Shown in pieces: positions 10,419 to 21,021 of a stretch of DNA of 64,000 nt (positions within the stretch are counted from its first letter, which is position 1; each line of letters starts with the position of its first letter). The translations under genes and the position numbers were made by a program. Where the stretch lies: contig OZ059896.1 of the NCBI GenBank assembly GCA_964057225.1, positions 15,066,001 through 15,130,000 of the forward strand, in the 5' to 3' direction. This DNA comes from Auanema rhodensis. Taxonomy: Eukaryota > Animalia > Nematoda. The notes under the pieces were generated by a model. The model did no database searches. It saw only the letters and a program-made list of their open reading frames with translations, and had not been told where the DNA came from.

Positions 10419-10892
10419 AACGAATCTGTTGTTTTCCAAAGTGATTGTCAATAACTCACTAGATTATTCACTAGACGAAAAACGACAGATTTATGTCAAT
10501 ATTTCAAAATAGTTAAGAGCAACTCAAATTTCAGCAAATCATTGTTCAGACTGAAAGAACATGCATATTCTTTTCGTCAACACGACTTTTTGATTGTGGC
10601 TCCGAGATACCAGTCTAACGCGGCACTGTCTAGTTTCGAATATCGTAGAATCAAAGATTGGAACCAGCTTCACTCCATTTTGATTAATATTGAAAAAGTT
10701 TCTAATTTTCGTAGTTGTATTATGAACCATAATTCTTCTTCATTGTGACTTTGTTTTTAACTTGTTTTTATTTTTCTTTTTTTTTTTTTTCTTCAATGAG
10801 ATTGTTTTGTTAATCGTTTTGTGTTAATCTGTTGCTCCTTCTTCTTTTGTTCTCTCAGTTTTCCTAGGCATCTGACCTATAGACATGAGTCG

Positions 10893-11273
10893 TGTCACAT
10901 CTGCAAGCACATGGTAAACATGTGCGCGCTATTCAAATAGCGGGAGCCTGAACAAGCCCCGCCTACAACATGGGACACACATGGCACTCTTGCTTCTGGC
11001 CTAACCCAGATAGGTTGTCTTATAGCCATGTGAGTCTCATCTCTATATCATCTATATATATACTCTATTTAATACTTTATTATATCTCTTTATATTCTTT
11101 CTTAATGTAATTCTTATATTGTATTTTCTTGTTATCTGATAATGAATCTTTTTCTCTTTAAGTATTTGTCTTAATAAGGAAATCGGGGCGTTCGGGTCTG
11201 CCTACCTAAGGAACAAGGTAGAAGTACATATATCTTCCGACCATGAAAAGACGGGAAGAAACAATATGTAACG
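10893..11273 (+). repeat. 5' LTR of element 1 (TG...AACG)
   Basis: Direct repeat of 20641-21021. Confidence 0.95.
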
Positions 11274-11286
11274 TGGAGGTTCCACC
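11274..11286 (+). promoter_or_regulatory. Primer-binding site, tRNA-Gln
   Basis: TGGAGGTTCCACC, complementary to the metazoan tRNA-Gln 3' end GGTGGAACCT-CCA. Confidence 0.85.
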
Positions 11287-12426
11287 TTGCTTACTTTACT
11301 GTTAATTTATTGACAGCAAGTTTACGAGACTTTTGGACTTAATTACCCAACAGTGAGGAGTAACCGAGCCGTGCACCATGATTTCCCCAAAAATTATTTT
11401 GGCTACCACTTCTCCTCCGCTCAACGAAAACTGGGAGGTGTCTGAGACGTTTGGGGAAACTATCAGACAATAGTTTTGACGAGCGTTACCTTTTTGTTAT
11501 GCACGCGCGTGCTATTTTGATTCATTACTTTATGATGTGAATGTCCAGTGTGGCAACAGAGCTCACTTTTTAGCTGAGTTGTTTGGAAGCTGGAGGCTGT
11601 TGGGATAATTTTATTTACGATTTTTTGATTTTGATTCACATCCAAGGGTTCATCAGGGTTCTACTCCTGTTAACTCTTTTCTTATTAGTTCAGAGATAAT
11701 AAGAATATTTAAATTCCTACCCACCCAAGTCCACTCTACGTCTGCCAACGTTTCCTTTTTCCTATATTATTGACAGATTACTGAATTTAAATTCCTATAT
11801 CAATCTTAAATTACCTTCTAAATCTTTTGAAATTAAATTAAAAATTATCTTAATTAAGATTTATTTTGAAATTCTTTCTACAAATCTTAATAAACTTTAT
11901 AAAATTGAACTTAATATACGAGATGAGACATTTTTGTTTACTTTAAGCTTACTCACATTCAAATAGTTGGCCCACGCGTACCAGCTGTTCGATATGTGTA
12001 GTCAATAACAGCTGTTAAAATTCAAAAGTTTTCAAACAGGCTTAAGGCACCATCTGTGATTCCTTATTTGTCTCTAAGCTGACATAAGTGATTATAATAT
12101 TCAAATATCACGACAGACGGTCAATGGTTGTTTACCATAAGCGCTAACATCTGGTGTCGTGACACATGGCTGGAGGCGGAGCTTGAAGCTTCAACGATCC
12201 TCCTTCATCAGACGCCATTGTCACAAACGTTTTTACTGGAGTCTAGTTGCTTCCAGTACGCGCTCTTATATTCATCTAACTGTATTCACCAGCCACCCTG
12301 TCGGACTCGGACATCAGCGAGGAAAACAAAGATCAGGAACAAGGATCACCAGAGGTACGCCAAGTTTTTGAATTTAATTCTAAAAACTTAAATACTCCAT
12401 CCACCTACCTCTCTCCTTTTGAATTT

Positions 12427-13317
12427 TTGAGAGAAGAAGGTGATTCCTCTTCTTCTTCTCATTCTTCTTCTCTAACAATTAGAACGAGAAGTAAAAGCAG
12501 AAAGGCCATCACTGAGGAAACACCTCGGGCACCTACTACAGTACGAAATAGATCACCAAGTCGGTGGGCCGCTGCTATAACTAAAGCTTTTGAAAGAAAA
12601 ATGACTCCTACCTCTCCATCTCCTAATTCTAATGTTGCTCCACCCTCTAGAAATATGGCAACTATTTTAAATTGCCATCTCTGTCCCAGGTATGACGGCT
12701 CTCGTAGCTTTCGTTCTTTTGTTGAATCTTTAAATAGATTTTTTAATGTTATGAATCTAAGCTTACCTGAGAGACTATTAATTTTGCCTCTTCTTTTGGA
12801 ATCAAATGAAACAGCTCTCTCCTTGTATAATAGTATTCCTAGTGGCATAAGAACTAATGGCCCATGGATTGTTTTGATGGATCAGCTCACTGAGCTTTTA
12901 GCGCCTAAAACAGATAAAAATTTCACCATAGCGCTTATTCATCGAGTACAACAAGGAGATAAATCTGTTCTTGATTTTAGTATGGAATTAGAGAGAATGG
13001 CAAGCACCATAATGTCACCAATGGATCCCGAGCGGGAACCAATGTTGAAAACGGCATTTTTAAATGGTTTAAAAGAGGAACTGGGTATTGCGGTTTTAAC
13101 TAAAAACCCCGCCACTTATGAACAAGCTAAGAAATTAGCTAGGTTTGAAGAAGGCGTTCGGAATAGCTTCATGAAAAGAAATGAAGACACCAGCACCTTG
13201 AAGGAGCTCATAAATGCTTTACAACATAAATTAAGCTTTAGTGAAGAAAGAGAAAGAAGTAGGAATAATAATAATAATAAAAATTATAAAAATAATAAAA
13301 ATAATAAAAAAAAATAA
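12427..13317 (+). CDS. gag: Element 1 Gag (capsid part); continues in the +1 frame across the A9 run at 13306-13314
   Basis: CPRYDGSRSFRSF, ERLLILPLLL, QQGDKSV..F, FLNGLK, PATYEQA are homologous to the Gag of elements 2 and 3. True start uncertain (first ATG 12601). Confidence 0.85.
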   Translation: MREEGDSSSSSHSSSLTIRTRSKSRKAITEETPRAPTTVRNRSPSRWAAAITKAFERKMTPTSPSPNSNVAPPSRNMATILNCHLCPRYDGSRSFRSFVESLNRFFNVMNLSLPERLLILPLLLESNETALSLYNSIPSGIRTNGPWIVLMDQLTELLAPKTDKNFTIALIHRVQQGDKSVLDFSMELERMASTIMSPMDPEREPMLKTAFLNGLKEELGIAVLTKNPATYEQAKKLARFEEGVRNSFMKRNEDTSTLKELINALQHKLSFSEERERSRNNNNNKNYKNNKNNKKK

Positions 13318-16300
13318 TAACTGGACTCAGCACAATAATGGCTCTAATGATTATGAGCGAGAGAGAGAGCGACCTTCTGCCGTACGTTATAATAATAATA
13401 ACTCGCAGAACGGGAATATGAATAGGCGTCCTAACCCGGGAAACCGCCCATTTGCCAATGGCAGAAATGCCAATAGCTCGTCTTGGAACCCTAGGCCTAG
13501 TTCCCCAAGAAGACAAAGACCATCAGCCAATGGGAATGGTAACTCAAGGGTATACAGCGTAGCGACCCCATTCATGCCACCGGTCACGTTGTGCCTGACT
13601 TTATTGACACTCTCATGCCTTCCCTTTGGGTCGGCAAAATATCAGATTTGCGCTCAATCTGAAGGGGGTATATTAGTAACACCTCCTGTGGTCACAGGCT
13701 GCCATAAGGCAGAAATTGAAAAGGCTCACAGTGTTGAGGTAGAAATATATCTACCAAAGGCTGAGATAGAGTCATGGGAAGCATGGAAATGCTATGTGAA
13801 AAAGTATAAAAGCTGTGTGAGAGATTTCATGTTTTTGAGAGATCGTAACACCACATTCTCTCATATTGAAACAGTAGATAAGAAAGATTGTGTTCGAGCA
13901 CATAGAAATCGTATGTGGAATGATAAAATCATGAATGCCCAACAGCATTCAGTTTTTGAAACACCATTAAACGAGCATAATCCAACTCGCTCTTGGTCCA
14001 CTGAAGAATGTGTAGAAATTGAACAATTTGTATTGAAGCGAGGGATAATAACTAGATTGAAAGAAGATCACATTGTATCAGACTTATTTATAAATACTGA
14101 TAATTGTAAAGGAAATGAAGGGTTTTGTGCAACTGGTGAAGGTGCAGTTATCTGGCAACCACCTATCCCATCAGTTGTCTGTCACTATCAAAAACTTGGC
14201 CCCTTCTCCGCCATGTTGGGTGATCATATTCTTCTAGTTCACTCTATTGAAAGCGCTTTTGTTCTCCAAAATCATTCCACATCCGCTCACGTTCAATCTT
14301 GTTTCGAATTCGCTGTTTTTGAATCATCTTCTGAGGCAATTATCCGATTCACAGCATATCCCCGTGTTTATAATTTGCTTGATCTTTCCAATACTTTGCT
14401 TAATGCTGATAGACGCAGAAATAAACGTAATGCATTACCTCAAAAACATCGCTCTTTCAGTGATGATTATCTTTTTGTTAATGCGAAATCCCAACCATAT
14501 GCGTTTCCATTTCTAAGACCTACTTTCATTTTTGGATCTGCATCTATCACTAAGTTTTACGCAAAATATATGAGATATGCAGCTACATCATCTTATGAGA
14601 GTTTGCTCCAATTCGCGATAGATAATCCACTGTTCATTGACACAATTGTTAGTTTAGGATTGACAAAAGATCATATAACTAACTGGGCAAAGTCTAATAA
14701 TTTCAAAGATCCCAATCTTTTGATTTTACAATGTATGGGTATAGAGGAAATTAAACTGGCTACTAGACAGATGATTAATAGCATGAAATTGGATGATCTT
14801 ATCACTCAAGTAGCTCGTCGTATAGAAGTTCCTCGGTTAAAAAGATCTTTGATGAAATCTACAACATCCATAGAAGATTTCTTTCGAGGAATGGCTCACG
14901 CAGTAGTATATCAAGCCACAATTCTTGATGGTACACAAACAGTTCCATCAATTGAACAGTTGGCAAGAGCCTTATATCCATCTATATTACCACGCAGTGG
15001 AAATATGAATCAATCTGAAATTATTGCAACTGCTCAAGGCATGTTATTCATGATCCAACAACAATCGGGAAAAGAACAAATATCTCGTGACATGCAAGTC
15101 AGTCGACAACAAAAAGCTGATGCTACTGTTAGAAATAACCAAGAGCAAGATTTAGCAATTATATCCAAGCTGCCTGACTATCACAACCTTTATACAAAGA
15201 ATAGTACAGCATATTATGGATTTCCTCCACAGTCCATCGAATACCCACAGGAAAATCCTAAATTCAATAAAACAGAAGTTTTAGAATTCATAAGTTGGGT
15301 TAAAACTCAAATCACAACTGATAAAAATATGGTACAGCATACTACTGTAACCCCAATAACTTCCACCAAAACTACAATTCGTAGTTTAACAACTCCTACC
15401 TCTAATGCGTACGAGAGAGGTCGAGAGTTGTATGTAGCAGAAGTATATGACAATGTTCTCCACAAATCAGAGCATAAAACTAAAACGATAATAGATAATA
15501 AGTTGAATTATGGGTTTGAGAAAGCGCGTCTCTCCATAATTGACGAATTTCATCAACAGTTTCATACCATCTGTAAATCTCAAATGGAAACTGTAAAAAG
15601 CTGGCAAGCTATATTACGTATACATCCTACAATAGGAGTAAGAGCTATGCTTCAGCGGGATGATATCGTTGCCCGATTTGTTGGAAGAAATGTTTTAAAA
15701 ATAACAACTTGTCAGGAAATAGAACCACATTTCATTTATCGTAATCATTCTTACAATGATAAATGTTATGCAGAGACCCCTGTTTTAACACACGATAAAC
15801 AATTATTCTTTGCTCCTATCGATAGCTACGATTTGAGCACTGAAGGACATGAGATCAATTGTGAACACAAAGAGACAGAGATTTGGTATGAAAATGGAAC
15901 ATGGAGAGATTATAAAGGTGACACACATAAAGTAGATAGTATTCATTCAGAAAAACATGATCATTATGCTGAATTGAGTAAACTTCGATTCACAGGGCGG
16001 AATTTGTTTGAAAATTCGACTGAAAAATCCTTAGCCCTATCTATTGGATTAACTTATGGTTATAGTTTATCTACTTCACCTCACCATGATCTTCTCCGCG
16101 TAATTTCTCGTTCACGTGATTGGCCTCAAATTTCCTCTTTCATCTTGAAAGGAAGTAAACTTATAAGAGATGCCAGGAAAATTGTTTTCTCCAATTGGGA
16201 TCTGTTCATTGACTTTTGTATAGGTTCAATTGAACGAACACTCATTACCATCGGTTGTATAACTCTGATATTATGTCTAATGATAGCATTATATTTCACT

Positions 16301-19300
16301 ATAAAATGTTATCTCTCCCCTACTTCTATGTTAAAAATAAACCATATCATGTTGAGCCCAACAGCTCCACCACTTGAGGGAGATGAGATTCATGAAACAG
16401 TTAGTGATGAATTGATGCGGAGCTATTTTCGCACCATCATAACTTACATTCCTTTAGCCATACCTTTTGTATGTCACACAACAACAAAGAAAAATGGACA
16501 CTTGTTACCGTTTGTTCATATTGACATTGAAGGTAGAGGACTGTTAGCATTATGGGATTCTGGAGCTACTGTCTCATATATTCCGTTCTCCACATTGGCA
16601 TATATTGGAAGACAATATTTTACAAAATATTCTAAATCTGCATCCACTGCAAATGGATCAGAGTTTCGCTTTGTGGGAAAATGCAAGTTAGATGTGGGTA
16701 TAGCAGGTTACCAAGTGGAACACGAATTTTTAATATCTGAAGACAATGACTGTCCAGGACAAATGTTACTTGGTACTGATTTTATGCGTACGTTGGAAGA
16801 AAGAGAGATATTTACTACATTAAAACTATGTAAAGGAAAGTTGATTGTTGGTAATATGGAAACACCCTTAGTAAAACCTGGTTGTTTTGCATATAAAACC
16901 ACAACTAAAACAGTAAATATCATAAGTTTGTCCACAGTAACAGTTCCACCACATAGTACCTCCCACATATCTTTGCAAACAGGACCAGAATTAGATTTTG
17001 ATCAATATGCTCTTTTAAAATCTAGCATAGGTCCTATCTCAATTCCAGATGCCGCCATAGGACCTTTTCCTATTACTATGGTAGTATCAAACAATTCTTC
17101 AAAGCCAATTAAAATTAATAAAAATGACCACATTGGTTCAGGACTTATAGCATCTAAAGAAATTATGAACGATTATGTTCCACCTGAAGCTGATTGGGAA
17201 GATAAGTTACCAACTTTTCCTCAGCATCTTTTGGATGATTTGAACTTCAATTCTTGCACTCTGTCCCATAAAATGAAGAAAAATCTGATCACAATCATTA
17301 AGGAAAACCAAACGGCATTTTTCAACCATGATCATAATATTGGTCTCTTTTGCGGACCAGTAGAACATGCCATTCCTATAAGATCCGATATGGATTTCCC
17401 AAAAAGTAGATCTTACAGAGTACCATTGGGTAAGCAAGAAGAAGTAGAACGGCAAGTGAAAGAAATGTTGTCGCAAGGTATAATCGAAAATTCGACGGCT
17501 ACTTTCACTAGTCCAGTTGTTCTTGTGAAAAAGAAAGATAATTCTTTCCGGTTCGTAACTGACTTTAGAGCATTGAATAGTGTTACTAAGAAACAAACAT
17601 ACAGCATCCCACACATTCCTGATATCATAGACTTAGCGGCTGGAGCTCAGTTCTTTTCGAATTTTGATCTCATTTCTGGTTTCTTCCAAATACCGTTGAA
17701 ACGCTCAGATAGACACCTAACTGCTTTTACCACTCCATCAGGTACCTATCAGTATTGCCGAATGCCTATGGGATTGTGTGGAGCGCCACACACTTTTCAA
17801 TCCGCAGTACGATACTTGCAATCTCTTGTTAGATGCAAACTGTTTGTATATCTAGATGATTTGCTAATAATTTCGAACTCAGCTGATGAACATTTAAGAG
17901 ATATACAAGAAGTGCTGAAAAAGGTCACTGAACTAGGGTTAAAAATTAAGTTATCTAAATGTTGCTTTGCAGCCACTGAAGTAAAGTTTTTGGGTTTTGT
18001 AATAGGTAGAAATGGTGTTAAACCAGATCCTGCTAAGATACAGGCTGTTTCCGAATTTCCAAATCCAAGTACAGTTACGGCTGTCAGATCCTTTCTAGGT
18101 ATGACTAACTATTTTCGACGGTTTATTCAAAATTATGCCGGAATAGCTGAGCCATTGTATAAGTTAACACATAAGGATACTCCTTTTGAGTGGAAATCGG
18201 AACATGCAGACGCATTTAAAACTTTAAAAACATCACTGTGTACTGCCCCTGTACTGAAACCTCCTAAAGCAGACCAACCTTTTGTTATAGAAAGTGATGG
18301 CAGTATGATCGCTGTGGGAGCAGTTTTATTGCAATCAGCAGAGAAAAATTCTCCATTACACCCGATTGCGTTCGCTAGTAGAAAGTTGACTCCAGCGGAA
18401 CGGAAATATCCTCCTATTGAAGTTGAAGCACTCGGTTTAGTCTTTGCTCTTCAACAATTCCGTACCTATGTATTAGGAGTACCTACCACAGTTATCACAG
18501 ATCACCGACCATTAACCAGTTTAATGTCGCGTAAAGATCTCATAGGTAGATTAGCCAAGTATCAACTAATGATACAAGATTTCAACATAAAGATTGAATA
18601 TCGTCCTGGCAAATTAAACAGTGTCTGTGATGCTCTCTCCAGGTATATAGGAAACGAAGCAAATGACAGTCGTCCTACTAAACCAAAGGACAAAGTAAAA
18701 CCTGTTGATGCTTTTATTGCTCATATCACAACTATTTCTTCTATTGACCAACTAAATTGTGAAGAAATACGGAAAGTTCAAGCTGGAGTTCCCTGGATTC
18801 GCGAAGCACTTTCTCAAATTAATAATGATAACTGTCCGGCTAATATATCAGACCGGTATGAAGAACGAGAAGGCATATTACATGCAAAACAAACGAAAAA
18901 TTATTTGAAACCATCTATTATTTTGCCTCGAAACGACAAAATAACTGATGTTGTCATCAAATTTTTTCACGAAGATTCCAAAATTGGTGCACACCTAGGT
19001 ATAAATAAAACTACTGATGCGATTCGACGACGATTCTTTTGGACTAATATGGTTCCACAAATAACTGAATTTATTAATCGTTGTACAAAATGTGCAAGTA
19101 GGAAATCTAACCCACACCAATCGTATATTCAACCTATGGGAAGATTTGTTATACCCGAAAAGCCATTTGATCGTATTCATGTAGATATACTAGGTCCTTT
19201 ACCTCGCACTAATGATGGACATCGATACATCTTGAGTATTCAAGATGCTTTTAGTAAATGGGGAACAACTTGCCCATTAATAACACAAACGGCTACTGAA

Positions 19301-20035
19301 ATCACAAAAGCGTTTGTAATTAGATTTGTTTTCATATATGGACCACCAATGAGTATGATAACCGATAATGGTAGTAGCTTTTTGTCATCTGAATTTCAAG
19401 CTATGTGTAAACAATTTGGAATTAAACACACTACTACGCTACCATATCATAAAAATGCTAATGGACAAGTTGAGAGACTTCATAGAACTTTGGAAGAAGC
19501 TCTCTCTTCATTCGTGAATGAACAACAAACTAACTGGGATATACACCTACCCAAAGTTATGTTTGCGATCAATACGTTACCAAACTCATCAACATCTATT
19601 AGTCCATATGTTGTATTATTTGGTCGGGATGCAAGACTTCCTATTGACCATCAATTGCCTGGAAATAATCTTCAAACTGAAGAACCAGCCAATCCTACAG
19701 AAGATTTTGTCAATAGATCGCTAATACAAAATGAAAGCACATCTAATATAGTAAAAGATAGAATTGAAACATGCACAAAGAAGAATGAACAACGGTACAA
19801 TACACGAAATAGAACACAAAATAAAGAAATTCAGGTTAATGACTTAGTTATGATAAAAGTGAATTCTACTCGAAACAAACTAACACCTTCATTCGAAGGG
19901 CCTTATTTAGTTACAGCAGTTCAAAGATCTTTCGTCGTGGTTCAAACAGATAAAGGAAAAAGCAGAAGAGTACACAAGGACTTCGTCAAACCTTACCAAC
20001 GAACAACATCTATTCCGGTTATCACAATTTCTTGA
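13241..20035 (+). CDS. Element 1 Gag C-terminus-Env(gB-like)-PR-RT-RNaseH-IN polyprotein (biologically meaningful from ~13310)
   Basis: Signal peptide ~13574-13636, furin site RRRNKR 14411-14428, TM ~16238-16303, PR LWDSGAT, RT YLDD (17849), RH ESDGS/TDHRPL, IN HHCC-DDE-GPY. Confidence 0.92.
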   Translation: MKKEKEVGIIIIIKIIKIIKIIKKNNNWTQHNNGSNDYERERERPSAVRYNNNNSQNGNMNRRPNPGNRPFANGRNANSSSWNPRPSSPRRQRPSANGNGNSRVYSVATPFMPPVTLCLTLLTLSCLPFGSAKYQICAQSEGGILVTPPVVTGCHKAEIEKAHSVEVEIYLPKAEIESWEAWKCYVKKYKSCVRDFMFLRDRNTTFSHIETVDKKDCVRAHRNRMWNDKIMNAQQHSVFETPLNEHNPTRSWSTEECVEIEQFVLKRGIITRLKEDHIVSDLFINTDNCKGNEGFCATGEGAVIWQPPIPSVVCHYQKLGPFSAMLGDHILLVHSIESAFVLQNHSTSAHVQSCFEFAVFESSSEAIIRFTAYPRVYNLLDLSNTLLNADRRRNKRNALPQKHRSFSDDYLFVNAKSQPYAFPFLRPTFIFGSASITKFYAKYMRYAATSSYESLLQFAIDNPLFIDTIVSLGLTKDHITNWAKSNNFKDPNLLILQCMGIEEIKLATRQMINSMKLDDLITQVARRIEVPRLKRSLMKSTTSIEDFFRGMAHAVVYQATILDGTQTVPSIEQLARALYPSILPRSGNMNQSEIIATAQGMLFMIQQQSGKEQISRDMQVSRQQKADATVRNNQEQDLAIISKLPDYHNLYTKNSTAYYGFPPQSIEYPQENPKFNKTEVLEFISWVKTQITTDKNMVQHTTVTPITSTKTTIRSLTTPTSNAYERGRELYVAEVYDNVLHKSEHKTKTIIDNKLNYGFEKARLSIIDEFHQQFHTICKSQMETVKSWQAILRIHPTIGVRAMLQRDDIVARFVGRNVLKITTCQEIEPHFIYRNHSYNDKCYAETPVLTHDKQLFFAPIDSYDLSTEGHEINCEHKETEIWYENGTWRDYKGDTHKVDSIHSEKHDHYAELSKLRFTGRNLFENSTEKSLALSIGLTYGYSLSTSPHHDLLRVISRSRDWPQISSFILKGSKLIRDARKIVFSNWDLFIDFCIGSIERTLITIGCITLILCLMIALYFTIKCYLSPTSMLKINHIMLSPTAPPLEGDEIHETVSDELMRSYFRTIITYIPLAIPFVCHTTTKKNGHLLPFVHIDIEGRGLLALWDSGATVSYIPFSTLAYIGRQYFTKYSKSASTANGSEFRFVGKCKLDVGIAGYQVEHEFLISEDNDCPGQMLLGTDFMRTLEEREIFTTLKLCKGKLIVGNMETPLVKPGCFAYKTTTKTVNIISLSTVTVPPHSTSHISLQTGPELDFDQYALLKSSIGPISIPDAAIGPFPITMVVSNNSSKPIKINKNDHIGSGLIASKEIMNDYVPPEADWEDKLPTFPQHLLDDLNFNSCTLSHKMKKNLITIIKENQTAFFNHDHNIGLFCGPVEHAIPIRSDMDFPKSRSYRVPLGKQEEVERQVKEMLSQGIIENSTATFTSPVVLVKKKDNSFRFVTDFRALNSVTKKQTYSIPHIPDIIDLAAGAQFFSNFDLISGFFQIPLKRSDRHLTAFTTPSGTYQYCRMPMGLCGAPHTFQSAVRYLQSLVRCKLFVYLDDLLIISNSADEHLRDIQEVLKKVTELGLKIKLSKCCFAATEVKFLGFVIGRNGVKPDPAKIQAVSEFPNPSTVTAVRSFLGMTNYFRRFIQNYAGIAEPLYKLTHKDTPFEWKSEHADAFKTLKTSLCTAPVLKPPKADQPFVIESDGSMIAVGAVLLQSAEKNSPLHPIAFASRKLTPAERKYPPIEVEALGLVFALQQFRTYVLGVPTTVITDHRPLTSLMSRKDLIGRLAKYQLMIQDFNIKIEYRPGKLNSVCDALSRYIGNEANDSRPTKPKDKVKPVDAFIAHITTISSIDQLNCEEIRKVQAGVPWIREALSQINNDNCPANISDRYEEREGILHAKQTKNYLKPSIILPRNDKITDVVIKFFHEDSKIGAHLGINKTTDAIRRRFFWTNMVPQITEFINRCTKCASRKSNPHQSYIQPMGRFVIPEKPFDRIHVDILGPLPRTNDGHRYILSIQDAFSKWGTTCPLITQTATEITKAFVIRFVFIYGPPMSMITDNGSSFLSSEFQAMCKQFGIKHTTTLPYHKNANGQVERLHRTLEEALSSFVNEQQTNWDIHLPKVMFAINTLPNSSTSISPYVVLFGRDARLPIDHQLPGNNLQTEEPANPTEDFVNRSLIQNESTSNIVKDRIETCTKKNEQRYNTRNRTQNKEIQVNDLVMIKVNSTRNKLTPSFEGPYLVTAVQRSFVVVQTDKGKSRRVHKDFVKPYQRTTSIPVITIS

Positions 20036-20628
20036 AGGTAGTTTTTTTTTAACAAAATCAAATTGTTGAAATTTTTTAAATTTTATTTTGTTCCATTTCT
20101 GATTGTAACACTTCTTTGTTCTTGATTGATTTTCTCTGAGAAGTCTGCTATTGTTTTACAAGGTTTTGTTTTATTACTCCAACTCTCATTGAGTAGATTT
20201 TTTTTTTTCAACTCTTGTGAATCTTGCTATTTTTTTTTATGCTTAATCATTACTTGTATTCACCTTATGGACATTAGTCATACGGGTTAAACGAGTTTTC
20301 ATTTTTTTGTACAGAACGGGCTCGACCTATTCTCAGGGTAACACCGTACCTGTACAACTCAAGAAAATGAACGACTATATCACAGTCGAATGGTTTAGAA
20401 GCAAAGCTCTCGTTTGCAAGCATTTCACTACTCAAGTGAATGGAATAGAATCTATTCGATACTACATTTTGAATTCAACAAACTTGAAGAGACAATAGCT
20501 AAACTTTCAAATCGTATTGTATACATTATTTTTTATCGACTACACCATGATTTTTTTTTTCCAACATCCAACTATCTTAAAAAGTGAATTAATTTATTTT
20601 GTTTTTGAACGAGGACTTTCAACTTTTT

Positions 20629-20640
20629 AAGGTGGGGGGA
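20629..20640 (+). promoter_or_regulatory. Polypurine tract of element 1
   Basis: AAGGTGGGGGGA immediately before the 3' LTR. Confidence 0.8.
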
Positions 20641-21021
20641 TGTCACATCTGCAAGCACATGGTAAACATGTGCGCGCTATTCAAATAGCGGGAGCCTGAA
20701 CAAGCCCCGCCTACAACATGGGACACACATGGCACTCTTGCTTCTGGCCTAACCCAGATAGGTTGTCTTATAGCCATGTGAGTCTCATCTCTATATCATC
20801 TATATATATACTCTATTTAATACTTTATTATATCTCTTTATATTCTTTCTTAATGTAATTCTTATATTGTATTTTCTTGTTATCTGATAATGAATCTTTT
20901 TCTCTTTAAGTATTTGTCTTAATAAGGAAATCGGGGCGTTCGGGTCTGCCTACCTAAGGAACAAGGTAGAAGTACATATATCTTCCGACCATGAAAAGAC
21001 GGGAAGAAACAATATGTAACG
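20641..21021 (+). repeat. 3' LTR of element 1
   Basis: Direct repeat of 10893-11273, followed by TSD GTCG. Confidence 0.95.

Larger units (their letters stand above)
10893..21021 (+). mobile_element. LTR element 1: Ty3/gypsy retrotransposon with gag-env-pol order
   Basis: Two 381-bp LTRs identical by eye, TSD GTCG (10889-10892 and 21022-21025), PBS, PPT, PR-RT-RH-IN order. Confidence 0.96.

Noticed and set aside
13241-13309. Hydrophobic N-terminus MKKEKEVGIIIIIKIIKIIKII as a signal or TM segment
   Set aside because: Out-of-frame reading of the AAT-rich Gag sequence upstream of the A9 frame break.
13574-16320. Env as baculovirus F-type (errantivirus) or phlebovirus-like class II protein, or elements as BEL/Pao
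   Set aside because: No F-type fusion peptide after the furin site; motifs fit the gB-like class III pattern; RT/RH/IN motifs and lack of triple Cys-His Gag indicate Ty3/gypsy.
20262-20365. Shared UTR motif as a hammerhead, HDV or twister ribozyme
   Set aside because: No CUGANGA/GAAA core on either strand and no convincing HDV or twister fold by eye; left unclassified.
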